Assembly: GCA_022784465.1 (NCBI GenBank)
Contig: JALFUR010000014.1
Location: 64,645 to 128,644, forward strand
DNA from: Christensenella sp.
GTDB taxonomy: Bacteria; Bacillota; Clostridia; Christensenellales; UBA3700
Direction: 5' to 3'
Length of the DNA stretch: 64,000 bases
The position numbers and the translations under genes were made by a program. Position 1 is the first letter of the stretch. The number at the start of each line of letters is the position of its first letter. Positions 10,314 through 19,789 of the stretch are shown in pieces. The notes beneath the pieces were generated by a model that saw only the letters and a list, made by a program, of their open reading frames with translations, ran no database searches and was not told the DNA's origin.

Positions 10314-11439
10314 TGTAATCTACATCGATAAAATCTTTTAGTTTTTTAGCTCTATTTGGATGACGTAGTTTTCTCAATGCCTTTGCTTCAATTTGTCTAA
10401 TTCTTTCTCTTGTAACATTGAATTCTTTTCCAACTTCTTCTAGAGTCTTTGGTTTTCCATCGTCAAGTCCATATCTACGTCTTATTACTTCATTCTCTCT
10501 TGGTGTCAACATAGCAAGAACTTCATTTATTTTTTCTTTTAACATATTAGATTCTGCTAGTGCTGCTGGAGATGGAGTATCATGATCTTCAATAAAATCT
10601 ACAAGTCTACTGTCTTCTTCTTCACCAATTGGTTTTTCTAGAGAAACTGGATCTTGAGAAATTCTTTGAATTTCATATATTTTTTCAACTGAGCATCCCA
10701 TTTTTTCAGCAATTTGTTCTGCTGTTGGTTCTTGACCTAATTCTTGCAATAATTGTCTTTGTATTCTTCCAACTTTATTTATGGTTTCAACCATATGTAC
10801 AGGAATTCTAATAGTCCTTGCTTGATCTGCAATTGCACGAGTTATAGATTGCTTAATCCACCAAGTTGCATATGTCGAGAATTTAAATCCCTTTGTATAA
10901 TCGAATTTCTCAACAGCTTTCATTAATCCTAAATTACCTTCTTGGATCAAATCTAAAAATTGCATTCCTCTACCAACATATTTTTTAGCAATAGAAACAA
11001 CAAGTCTTAAGTTAGCTTCAATAAGTCTATTTCTTGCCTTTAGAGCATCTTGAGTTTTCTTTGATTTTTCTAAAGCTTCTTCAGGTGTTGAAGGAACCAT
11101 ATCTTTTACAGCTTCACCTTCTGACATCATAATAGCTAATTTAATTTCTTCATCTCCTGTCAATAAAGGTACTTGGCCTATGTCTTTAAGATAAATCTTT
11201 ACAGAATCGTCAGATGTGCTTTCTACTGAAGGCAAATTAATCTTATCTTCTTCTTTTTCCTCAATAATAATGCCAGCTTCTTTAACAGAAACAAATACTT
11301 TTTCCATTTCTTGAATGGTCATATTTTTGCATTTTTGAGTTAATTCCTCTTCATCAATTGATTTTCCAGCATATTTCTTAACTATTTCATCAACGACAAG
11401 TTTAATTGCTTCTTCATTTAGTGTAACTGTTTCTTCCAT
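10303..11439 (-). CDS. sigA: Primary RNA polymerase sigma factor
   Basis: Region 2 ([35 protein letters not shown]) and region 4 ([20 protein letters not shown]) are both present. Confidence 0.97.
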   Translation of the reverse strand: MEETVTLNEEAIKLVVDEIVKKYAGKSIDEEELTQKCKNMTIQEMEKVFVSVKEAGIIIEEKEEDKINLPSVESTSDDSVKIYLKDIGQVPLLTGDEEIKLAIMMSEGEAVKDMVPSTPEEALEKSKKTQDALKARNRLIEANLRLVVSIAKKYVGRGMQFLDLIQEGNLGLMKAVEKFDYTKGFKFSTYATWWIKQSITRAIADQARTIRIPVHMVETINKVGRIQRQLLQELGQEPTAEQIAEKMGCSVEKIYEIQRISQDPVSLEKPIGEEEDSRLVDFIEDHDTPSPAALAESNMLKEKINEVLAMLTPRENEVIRRRYGLDDGKPKTLEEVGKEFNVTRERIRQIEAKALRKLRHPNRAKKLKDFIDVDYNDM

Positions 11440-11451
11440 TTTTCCTCTCTC

Positions 11452-13197
11452 CTATTTTATCCTCTTAGCATAATCGTTTATTTGTGCCAATTGATTCATT
11501 AATTGTTGAACAACTTTAGGATCTTTTGATGTATCCAATTCTGTTGTTAATTGTTTACGTCTTTCTTCTACATATTGTTTTAATACTTGTTTTCGACAAT
11601 CTTTGTAATATATTTTTGCTTTTTCTGCATCAAGTACAGTCTTGCCTTCATTTAAAATATTTTCTACTTCCTTATTATCTTCTATCAAAGATTCTAAATC
11701 GTCTAATGTTAGTTCTCCCTCATTTGCTCTAAACACATCATATAGTTGTTTATGTTCTGGCATTTTTAGACAATCATAAAACTCATCTTCAATTTTTAAT
11801 CCTTCAACACCGCCAAAGGCTGCAAATAAGATAAATCTTATCGCTTTTACTTGTTTATTTAAATCTTCTTTTTTGCCGTCTATAACGATTTTAGAAGCTT
11901 GTCCTTTCCTTGCCAAATTTAGTTGCTGAACAAGATAATCACTAGATATAGCAGTTTTTCTTTCTATTAATCTAAGTAATGGTTCTATTTGTGTAATATT
12001 AGGAATATCTTTAATAACATTAATTGCATTTGCAGCAAATTTTCCTCTTCCTTCTGGAGATTTCATATCTGATTCTTTTTCAATTACATCAATTTTGTAT
12101 TGATACATCGGAATTGGAGAAGCAATTTTTTCTTGCAATTTTGTGCTTCCAAATTTTCTTATGTATTCATCTGGGTCCATATCATTTTCAAGAACAACTA
12201 CAAATACATCAAGACCAGCTTCTTTTAAAATATCTACTCCTCTTTGCATTCCCTTTTGTCCTGCACTATCTCCATCGTACATAAATACAACTTTACTTGC
12301 GAATCGTTTAATTAATTTTGCTTGTTCAATAGTTAAAGCTGTTCCCATAGAAGCAACTGCATTTTTTATACCAGCTTGATATAAAGATATAACATCCATA
12401 TAGCCTTCAACTAAGACAATGCTGTCTAAATTTCTAATATTCTTTACTAGGTTTTGTCCAAATAATTCATGAGACTTATGGAAAATAAAAGATTCCATCG
12501 AATTGTAATACTTAGCAACATTAGGATCTTTTTTCTCGATAATTCTACCGCCAAAAGCAACAATATTTTTCGTGCTGTTTATAATAGGAGTAACAAATCT
12601 CTCAGCTTGCGGATCAACTAATGTTCCATTTGCTTTTTTATATGCAACTCTTGCTTCTACCATTTCTTCAGCAGTAAATCCATGTGAAGATAAATACTTA
12701 GGTAAATCATATGGAGATACAGAATATCCAAGACCAAAAACCTTTATAGTCTCATCACTAATTCCTCGATTATGTAAATATTCTAATGCCTTTACACCCT
12801 TTGGACCAATTAAGTTCTCATGATAATAAAGTCCTGTTGTTCTAGTTAATTGATATAGCCTGTCCCTCTTTTTCTTATTTGCACTAAAATTTTCTCCCTT
12901 TTTCATCTTAGGAACTTCCATATTGTACTTATTAGCTAAAAACTCAACAGCGCCCTTAAAATCTGTTTTTTCAATATCTTGAATAAAAGAAATTACATCG
13001 CCTTGTTTATGGCATCCATAACAATAAAAAGTATTCGTATTTTCATACAAACAAAAAGAAGGTGTTTTTTCAACATGTAAAGGACAACAGCAAAAATAAT
13101 GACCACCTTTTCTTACAAGTGGAGAATAACTTGAAACAACATCAGTGATGCTAGCCTTCATTTTTAAATCATCTAAAAACTTATTATATTCGTCCAT
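11452..13197 (-). CDS. dnaG: DNA primase
   Basis: It has a zinc finger CPLHVEKTPSF...CYGC and a Toprim EGYMDV ... DGDSAG. I place the start at the MDEYNK Met (13197), which has an AGGAG SD, rather than at the track start of 13236. Confidence 0.93.
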   Translation of the reverse strand: MDEYNKFLDDLKMKASITDVVSSYSPLVRKGGHYFCCCPLHVEKTPSFCLYENTNTFYCYGCHKQGDVISFIQDIEKTDFKGAVEFLANKYNMEVPKMKKGENFSANKKKRDRLYQLTRTTGLYYHENLIGPKGVKALEYLHNRGISDETIKVFGLGYSVSPYDLPKYLSSHGFTAEEMVEARVAYKKANGTLVDPQAERFVTPIINSTKNIVAFGGRIIEKKDPNVAKYYNSMESFIFHKSHELFGQNLVKNIRNLDSIVLVEGYMDVISLYQAGIKNAVASMGTALTIEQAKLIKRFASKVVFMYDGDSAGQKGMQRGVDILKEAGLDVFVVVLENDMDPDEYIRKFGSTKLQEKIASPIPMYQYKIDVIEKESDMKSPEGRGKFAANAINVIKDIPNITQIEPLLRLIERKTAISSDYLVQQLNLARKGQASKIVIDGKKEDLNKQVKAIRFILFAAFGGVEGLKIEDEFYDCLKMPEHKQLYDVFRANEGELTLDDLESLIEDNKEVENILNEGKTVLDAEKAKIYYKDCRKQVLKQYVEERRKQLTTELDTSKDPKVVQQLMNQLAQINDYAKRIK

Positions 13198-13321
13198 TAT
13201 ATCTCCTACACTTATATATACGAAATTATATGTCAAAATTCCTAAAAATTTTTTAAATATATTAAAATATTAAATTTTATTATATATTGACTGGTAATTT
13301 GTTTCATTTTAAAATAAAAGT

Positions 13322-14332
13322 ATGAATACATACAAGAATCATTTTATTGAAATTGAAAAGCAAATTTTAAGCAAATATGCGTCTTTATCTTGCAATACAA
13401 AAGGTAGAGATTATCCTATTAGCGAAGATAATCTAAGAACAGAATATCAAAGAGATAGAGATAGAATTATTCACTCAAAAGCATTTAGACGACTTAAACA
13501 TAAAACTCAAGTATTTTTAGCTCCAGATGGAGATCACTATAGAACTCGTTTAACACACACGCTTGAAGTATCTCAAATTGCAAGAACCATTGCAAAAGCT
13601 TTAAGATTAAATGAAGACCTTGTTGAAGCTATCGCTCTTGGTCATGACCTTGGTCACACCCCATTTGGTCATGCTGGAGAAAAGAAATTGAATGAACTTG
13701 TTGATGGAGGTTTTGAACACGCAAAACAATCTTTAAGAGTTGTTGAACTTCTTGAGCATGATGGACAAGGATTAAACTTGACTTACGAAGTAAGAGAAGG
13801 CATTGTTTCTCATAATCAACCTTTTACGAACACTCCTGTTACTTTAGAAGGTGAAATTATTAAATATGCAGATAGATTTGCCTATATCAATCATGATATT
13901 GAAGATGCTATTTTTGCAGATATTTTATCTGAAGATAAACTTCCAAAAGATATCTGTGACGTTCTAGGTCACACTAAAGGTGAGCGTATTAATACCATGA
14001 TAACTGACATTGTAAATACAAGTTTTGACAAGCCTTATATAAACATGTCTAAGCCGATTTTTGAAGCAACCTTTGCCCTACACGATTTCATGTATAAAAA
14101 CATCTATACAAACTCTTGCGCAAAAGCTGATGAACCAAAAGCCGTTGCTATGCTTGAACAAATTTTTGATTATTATATGAAAAATCCAAATCAAATGCCT
14201 CAGTATTATCAAACGCTATTAGATACTTATAAAATAGATAGAGTTGTTGCAGATTATGTTTCTTCATTTACTGACCAATATTGCGTTAGAAAATTTGAGG
14301 AACTTTTCATTCCAAGCTTTTGGAAAAAATAA
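13322..14332 (+). CDS. dgt: dGTP triphosphohydrolase-like HD-domain protein
   Basis: The motifs HSKAFRRLKHKTQVF, RTRLTHTLEV and GHDLGHTPFGH are present. Confidence 0.88.
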   Translation: MNTYKNHFIEIEKQILSKYASLSCNTKGRDYPISEDNLRTEYQRDRDRIIHSKAFRRLKHKTQVFLAPDGDHYRTRLTHTLEVSQIARTIAKALRLNEDLVEAIALGHDLGHTPFGHAGEKKLNELVDGGFEHAKQSLRVVELLEHDGQGLNLTYEVREGIVSHNQPFTNTPVTLEGEIIKYADRFAYINHDIEDAIFADILSEDKLPKDICDVLGHTKGERINTMITDIVNTSFDKPYINMSKPIFEATFALHDFMYKNIYTNSCAKADEPKAVAMLEQIFDYYMKNPNQMPQYYQTLLDTYKIDRVVADYVSSFTDQYCVRKFEELFIPSFWKK

Positions 14333-14348
14333 TTGAAAATTATTTGAT

Positions 14349-15062
14349 TTATAAAACTGCGTATTGAGAAAGTATTTTTTCAATTGCTTGCATATAGGAA
14401 TTTGCTAGCCTATAATTTGCAAGCAAACTTTTAAGTCCAATCCAAACAACTTTAATCATTTTTACGTTGTTTAATTCAAAAGCATAATAAAAACCATTTA
14501 AAACTTCAAGATAGTCTGCTTTTTTCTCATCTTTTAACATATCATCATCTGAAACAATTGAAATAAGTCCTGTAATATATTGAACAACTTGATTTTTTAT
14601 AGCATCAATTAGCGAAATATTATCGTCAACAACAATAGGCTTAACTTCGTCTTCTTCTTTTAAAATCCCATTAAAAGCAATTAGATATGGCGCTATAATG
14701 TCTTGACAAAACATTCTATAACTATTTTCAAAGTCATTAGATGGAAAATAAACTTTTATAAACTTTGTTAAATCTATTTCTTTTCTATCAAACTTATAAA
14801 GCAAACTTGTAATAAAAGCTACTTTATCTAAATTTGAACTTGGTAAGCAAAACTTTGATGAGGATGCTGCTTTTTCAAATTCTTGATCAAAAGAAAAATT
14901 TTGAGAGCATTTTACAACATAATTAGTCAAACAAGGAATTGATGCAACTACTTTTAAAATTGCAACAATACAATTACTTGACATAATAAATTTTGATTCC
15001 ATCATCGAATTGCATCTTTCTGTCAATAATGAATATGCTGATACGACATTTTTGCTTGCCAT
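14349..15062 (-). CDS. Hypothetical protein
   Basis: It is a 237 aa ORF with native composition and no motif I recognise. Confidence 0.4.
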   Translation of the reverse strand: MASKNVVSAYSLLTERCNSMMESKFIMSSNCIVAILKVVASIPCLTNYVVKCSQNFSFDQEFEKAASSSKFCLPSSNLDKVAFITSLLYKFDRKEIDLTKFIKVYFPSNDFENSYRMFCQDIIAPYLIAFNGILKEEDEVKPIVVDDNISLIDAIKNQVVQYITGLISIVSDDDMLKDEKKADYLEVLNGFYYAFELNNVKMIKVVWIGLKSLLANYRLANSYMQAIEKILSQYAVL

Positions 15063-15189
15063 AAATCACCTCAACGTATATATATTTTACTTGATTTTTA
15101 TGTCCAAATACAAGCACATAATAAACAATTGTTAATTGATTTTTCTATAATGGTATATTATAATTGTCTTACATATAAAGGAGCTAGCT

Positions 15190-15420
15190 ATGAAATCAAT
15201 TGTAATTTTATTAAACACAACAGATAGTGTAAAAAATTTTGTAAGTACAATTTCAAAATATGACTATGAAATGGATTTAAGAAGTGGCAGATATGTTGTT
15301 GATGCTAAATCTTTACTTGGAATCTTTTCTTTAGATTTAAATAAACCTGTTATTCTTGAGATTTATTCATCTGATTGCGAAGATTTAATCAATGATATTA
15401 AACAATATATTTGTAAATAA
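15190..15420 (+). CDS. HPr-like domain protein that lacks His15 but keeps the Ser46 region
   Basis: By eye it aligns to B. subtilis HPr: ISKYDYEMDL matches ASKYDADVNL, and VDAKSLLGIFSL matches VNLKSIMGVMSL. No His is present in the His15 loop. A good SD (aaaggag) is present. Confidence 0.65.
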   Translation: MKSIVILLNTTDSVKNFVSTISKYDYEMDLRSGRYVVDAKSLLGIFSLDLNKPVILEIYSSDCEDLINDIKQYICK

Positions 15421-15422
15421 TC

Positions 15423-15935
15423 ATGCAAAACCAAATTAACAAGTTGACGATCCTATATATATTAGACCAAATGGGAACCCCCCTTTTGGAAAATATTTTA
15501 GTGACAATGATTGTAGATAACAATTGGATGTCATTTATGGATTGTAAACTTGCCCTTAGCGAAATGCTAAATGTGGGATTAATAATAAATGTCGCTCCAA
15601 CTAAAGCGGAGCCAAAAATAGCCATAACCATGTCAGGAAGAGAAGGCCTTGACGGATATTATACTACTATTCCTATTTCTTTAAGAGAAGATATCGCTTC
15701 TCATATAAAGAAAAATAGAGTGTATTATAAAAAGCAACAAGAGTACATTGCTGATTATTATAAAAATAAAGATGGAACTTATACTGTATCTATGAAAATA
15801 GATAGTTCTTCTTGCACATTAATGGATTTAAAGATTATTGTACAGACAAGATCAACAGCAAAAAGAATATATAAAAGTTGGCAAGATAAGGCGCCAATCA
15901 TATATGAAAATATCCACGAAAATTTAATAGAGTAA
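15423..15935 (+). CDS. DUF4364-like (PadR-like winged-helix) protein
   Basis: The N-terminal pattern KLTILYILDQMGTPL... and the size of about 170 aa resemble the clostridial DUF4364 family. This is a recognition-level call only. It starts 3 nt after the HPr-like stop. Confidence 0.45.
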   Translation: MQNQINKLTILYILDQMGTPLLENILVTMIVDNNWMSFMDCKLALSEMLNVGLIINVAPTKAEPKIAITMSGREGLDGYYTTIPISLREDIASHIKKNRVYYKKQQEYIADYYKNKDGTYTVSMKIDSSSCTLMDLKIIVQTRSTAKRIYKSWQDKAPIIYENIHENLIE

Positions 15936-15943
15936 TTGTTACT

Positions 15944-17005
15944 CTATTTTTTTACTTTAATCTCTATTCCCTCTTCAAAAATATAAAGATTGTATCCATC
16001 ACACACTTGAATAATTAAGGAACATTCTATGTTGTTTAATTTATAACTACACTCAATTTCATCTATTCCTTCTTCTTGCTCAAACTCATAACAAACAGTT
16101 GAGTTATTTTCAGTTATAGAAATCTCTGTACTTGTTTTACCTTTTTCGTTTTCAACTTCTATCTCAACTGCTTTAACTAAGTTATCATTAACAAAATATT
16201 CATAGCTGTATTCGTTTTCACCTACTGCATTTTCATTAGAGATTTTTATTTTATGAGATTTAGAATGCAATACTAAATTCATTTTAACTTCATCTTCTTT
16301 CTCTTTCTGTGTTACTTCAAAATCAAATTCTTGGTTATTTATAAGCATAATTCCACTTATAGAAGCTTTATTAGAAGAAATCTTATCATTATAATAAGCC
16401 GTATAATATTCTCCATTTTTTAATAGAATAGCCATTTTATATGTATAATTCTCATAAGCTTTATCGTTATTTTTGATATAAATTATTTCATAGCTATTAT
16501 TTATAAATAAAGAAGTAGTGCCTAAATAGCTATCAAGTTCATGAGCTACTTTAGAATAATCTATGTCTATACTTGAAGATTCTTCTTCCTCATTTTCTTT
16601 ATCCTCTTCTTCGTTTGAATAAGCAACTTTGCCTAGAGTAAAGGAAGTTGTAGGATCGCTAGATATTTCTCCTAAATAATATAAAGCGTTACCACCAGCA
16701 ATTAACTCTTGGATAAAGATATTTTCTTCTTTTTCAACGCTAAGAGGTTCTCCTTTACCAATAGGATTAATATTTGAGAAGAAATTTGCTAAAGGTATAA
16801 TTGCTAATAGCACACATACAACAACTGCACAAGAAGCTAAAGCCCATTTCAATTTTAGCTTTTTCTTTTCCCTTAGTGATTGTTTACTCTCTTTTATTGG
16901 ATGATTACAAGAAGCAATTATTTCTTTTGAATAATCCGAAATAGTTACTTTTTCTGATGCATCTAACAATATTTTCTTTATATCTTTATTTTTCATATAT
17001 CTCAC
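15944..17005 (-). CDS. Putative anti-sigma factor with a single TM helix and an acidic extracytoplasmic domain
   Basis: It overlaps the ECF sigma gene by 20 nt. One TM helix (WALASCAVVVCVLLAIIPLANFF) follows a short cytoplasmic N-terminus. Confidence 0.6.
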   Translation of the reverse strand: MRYMKNKDIKKILLDASEKVTISDYSKEIIASCNHPIKESKQSLREKKKLKLKWALASCAVVVCVLLAIIPLANFFSNINPIGKGEPLSVEKEENIFIQELIAGGNALYYLGEISSDPTTSFTLGKVAYSNEEEDKENEEEESSSIDIDYSKVAHELDSYLGTTSLFINNSYEIIYIKNNDKAYENYTYKMAILLKNGEYYTAYYNDKISSNKASISGIMLINNQEFDFEVTQKEKEDEVKMNLVLHSKSHKIKISNENAVGENEYSYEYFVNDNLVKAVEIEVENEKGKTSTEISITENNSTVCYEFEQEEGIDEIECSYKLNNIECSLIIQVCDGYNLYIFEEGIEIKVKK

Positions 17006-17516
17006 CTATTCTTTCTTTAAGAGTCTTCATTGCTTTGTTATAAATCCATAAAACTGTCCCTAACGGCTTATTTACAATTTTGGAAATATCTTTGAACTTA
17101 TAATCAAGCAATACATGGTATGTAATTATTTCTCTCTCTATTTGTTTATCGAGCAGTTGCAGTATTTCCTCAACACTAATAGACTCTTCTTCATAGAATT
17201 CTTCTTCAGATACAGTTTTTAAAATCTCATCATTAAAAACAATATTTTTATCTCTTTTTAAATAGTTCAAAGCTTTATTTCTAGCAATAACAGTCAAGTA
17301 TCCAAAAACATTATTTCCCGTTTTAAATCTATCTATTGTATTTAAAAAAGAAATATATGTGTCTTGCATAATATCTTCTGCAAAAGAGGAATCTTTTATA
17401 ATTCCAAGTGCAGTAAAGTATACCTGCTTGCTTGTTTCTTTATAAAAGTCATTAAAACAGGAGTAATCGTTTTTCTTAAACTTATTAATGCATTCTTGCA
17501 ATTGTTTGTTTGTCAT
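16986..17516 (-). CDS. ECF-type sigma-70 family factor
   Basis: Region 2 (DIMQDTYISF) and region 4 (ISKIVNKPLGTVLWIYNKAMKTLKE) are present, and the protein is 176 aa. Confidence 0.85.
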   Translation of the reverse strand: MTNKQLQECINKFKKNDYSCFNDFYKETSKQVYFTALGIIKDSSFAEDIMQDTYISFLNTIDRFKTGNNVFGYLTVIARNKALNYLKRDKNIVFNDEILKTVSEEEFYEEESISVEEILQLLDKQIEREIITYHVLLDYKFKDISKIVNKPLGTVLWIYNKAMKTLKERIGEIYEK

Positions 17517-17638
17517 TATTAAAGCTTCGTCTTATTTTATAATCTAATACGATTATAACATATCTTTATTTGTGAGGGTGCACCTCAAACAATTTTACTC
17601 ATTTAAGGTGCACAAACTTATTATATTATTTAGAGAGA

Positions 17639-18688
17639 TTACTTGTCTTCCTCTTCGTCATCTTCCTCTTCGTCATAATCTTGAACATTTTCATATTCTT
17701 CAGTCAATTCTTTATCAGAGCCTTTTTTGTCCTCACTCACTTTAATAAAGCTATAATTGATTTCTCCTAATTCATTCTCTTCAACTTTTATTAATGCTTT
17801 AATGCTTGATGTATTTGACTTAATTCTTACTCCAATATATGATCCAGTTTCATCTTCAATAAAAGTATATTTGTATTGAACTTCCTCTGTTGCTGTTTTT
17901 GTTTTAAATACCATTTCGATAGAATTATCTTCTTCATCGCGTTCATATTGAACTTTAGTATCTAATACTTTTTTACCATTTTCATAAACTGTATATTGGT
18001 ATTCTTGTTCTTCTTCTTCCATTTCTTGAGAAATTACAACGTAATTGTTTTCATCAAGTGAAATTCTAAATGAAACTTCTTCCTCTCCTTCCTCAATTTC
18101 TCTCTTTCCATCAACTAAGTATTCAATATCTTGCAAAATTACAATACCTTGCATATGGATTTCTTCTTCATCATCCTCTACTTCTCTTTTTGTCTCGTTG
18201 TAATGGAAAACATATGTTAAAGCTTCACCGTTTTCATTTGTAGCATTAATTGTATATGAATATTCATATCCTTCTAATTGAGATGGAACTACTTCGCTTT
18301 TAACCATTCCGTTAGCTACAGAGTTTTTAACAATAGTTAGATTATCTAGAATAGATTGTTGTATTTCGCTAGATATAATATTGTTATTTGCTCCTTCTTG
18401 GATAGATCCACTAGTTGCTTCTTCTTGCATTGTTCCGCTGTTTGCTTCTTCTTGCATTGAGCCACTAGCTTCTCCTGCACTAGAAAGTGTAGTTAGAGCT
18501 TCACTTGAATTACTATAAGAATTCAAAATCCCAACTGCACTTAATGTTGAATAATCATATGCTTCACTAAAACTTAGTGAAAGACTAGTAGTAGGTAAAT
18601 TAGCAATTTTGTTACAACCTGCAAAAGATATTGCAGAAACAATAACCATAATTGCTACCATAAATGTTAAAATTTTCTTTGTTTTCAT
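17639..18688 (-). CDS. Acidic lipoprotein that is paralogous to the anti-sigma ectodomain
   Basis: It has a signal peptide with lipobox FAGC, a 9-aa repeat in 3 copies, and an extremely E/D-rich C-terminus. Confidence 0.7.
   Translation of the reverse strand: MKTKKILTFMVAIMVIVSAISFAGCNKIANLPTTSLSLSFSEAYDYSTLSAVGILNSYSNSSEALTTLSSAGEASGSMQEEANSGTMQEEATSGSIQEGANNNIISSEIQQSILDNLTIVKNSVANGMVKSEVVPSQLEGYEYSYTINATNENGEALTYVFHYNETKREVEDDEEEIHMQGIVILQDIEYLVDGKREIEEGEEEVSFRISLDENNYVVISQEMEEEEQEYQYTVYENGKKVLDTKVQYERDEEDNSIEMVFKTKTATEEVQYKYTFIEDETGSYIGVRIKSNTSSIKALIKVEENELGEINYSFIKVSEDKKGSDKELTEEYENVQDYDEEEDDEEEDK
18396..18476 (-). repeat. In-frame 27-nt tandem repeat in 3 copies inside the lipoprotein gene
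   Basis: It encodes SGSMQEEAN / SGTMQEEAT / SGSIQEGAN. The DNA units ...gcttcttcttgcattg... are visibly repeated. Confidence 0.75.
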
Positions 18689-18774
18689 AAACTCAACCTC
18701 CTTTCAAAGAAGTTTTCCTTCTTCACTTATAGTACAATCGAGTTTATGATTTTATTGGTAAATTTGAAAAAAAT

Positions 18775-19605
18775 TTATTTAATTGAATGTTCCTTTAAAA
18801 TTTTATTCATTTCAATACATCCAATTCCATATATTGATGCTTCTTGTTTTTGCACTGTTTTCATGCTCCATGCGCTTATTGCGTACACAGCAGCAGTAAA
18901 AGCTAAAAAGGCAATTAAATATGGAATAATGAATAAATGATGTTGTGTTAGCCAAGGTGCAACATTAATAATAGCGTCTGGTAATACACATCTTTGTACA
19001 AATCCAATATTTGCAGGTTCATTTGGATATCCAGCATCTGTTCCGAATCTCCATGTATTAGCGGCTAAAACACCCCATAAAATAATAATTAATACTGTTA
19101 ATAAGACTTGCCATATTTTTTTAATTTCAAGTTTGTATATACAAGTTACTTGAATTAATCCGCCCCATAAGACTAGATAATGCATAATAATTGTTTCAAT
19201 AAATGAAACAAGAGTTAACGAACCACTATTGACAAAACTCATAGGTGAAACAACAACCGCTATAAGTTGAATAAACCCTGCAAAAATACCCATAAAAGCT
19301 CCAGATTCTTTTATATATTTTTGTTGAGTTAAAAAAGCTATTGGACATAGAAAATATGTAATTTGACTTATTTCACATGGAATTTGCTGAGTCCAATCAT
19401 GAGCCAAAACAGCACAATAAATAACATAATGCGCAGTTTTATATATTAATACAAACATTAAAAAGATATAGCATAATTTCTCAGCAAGAGCTCTATTTTT
19501 TCTCAACTTAACTACTGAATAAACTAATATAGCAATTAATATTACTCCAATAATTAGTGTAAGTATTCTCCAGTTAATATTCAAAGTAGCTATTGGATTA
19601 TTCAT
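18775..19605 (-). CDS. Multi-pass integral membrane protein (possibly YwaF/TIGR02206-like)
   Basis: It has 7-8 hydrophobic segments. The family guess is weak. Confidence 0.45.
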   Translation of the reverse strand: MNNPIATLNINWRILTLIIGVILIAILVYSVVKLRKNRALAEKLCYIFLMFVLIYKTAHYVIYCAVLAHDWTQQIPCEISQITYFLCPIAFLTQQKYIKESGAFMGIFAGFIQLIAVVVSPMSFVNSGSLTLVSFIETIIMHYLVLWGGLIQVTCIYKLEIKKIWQVLLTVLIIILWGVLAANTWRFGTDAGYPNEPANIGFVQRCVLPDAIINVAPWLTQHHLFIIPYLIAFLAFTAAVYAISAWSMKTVQKQEASIYGIGCIEMNKILKEHSIK

Positions 19606-19606
19606 A

Positions 19607-19789
19607 TTACCAATCCTCCTTATGAGACAATTTTATATCTGTATAGAACTCTTTATATTCTCTTTTAAATCTTTCAGCATCCGTTTCGCTCATTCTAATA
19701 GCACTATCTACGTCATTTAGATCTTCAAGTAAAGCTTCTGTATCTTCATCGTATTTTTCGGCCAACTTTAATAATTCGTAATTATTCAT
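19607..19789 (-). CDS. Small acidic hypothetical protein
   Basis: It is an ORF of about 60 aa that overlaps the hprK 3' end. The track start at 19798 is TTG, and an ATG lies at 19789. Confidence 0.35.
   Translation of the reverse strand: MNNYELLKLAEKYDEDTEALLEDLNDVDSAIRMSETDAERFKREYKEFYTDIKLSHKEDW

Noticed and set aside
13198-13236. N-terminal extensions in the track for dnaG (MTYNFVYISVGDI), yicC (47373-47420), hisG (31237-31248), the HIT gene (60196-60216) and the NYN gene (54682-54693).
   Set aside because: In each case a downstream ATG is preceded by a proper GGAGG-type SD and gives the canonical family N-terminus. The upstream codons are TTG or lack an SD.
13322-14332. The dGTPase-like HD protein as a possible anti-phage dNTP-depletion effector.
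   Set aside because: It has native AT-rich composition and sits in the conserved dgt / dnaG-sigA neighbourhood typical of housekeeping dgt in Bacillota. There are no flanking defence or mobility genes.
18746-18940. A 64-aa (+) ORF at the 3' end of the 18775-19605 membrane-protein gene.
   Set aside because: It overlaps that gene antisense, has no SD and gives a low-complexity hydrophobic translation.
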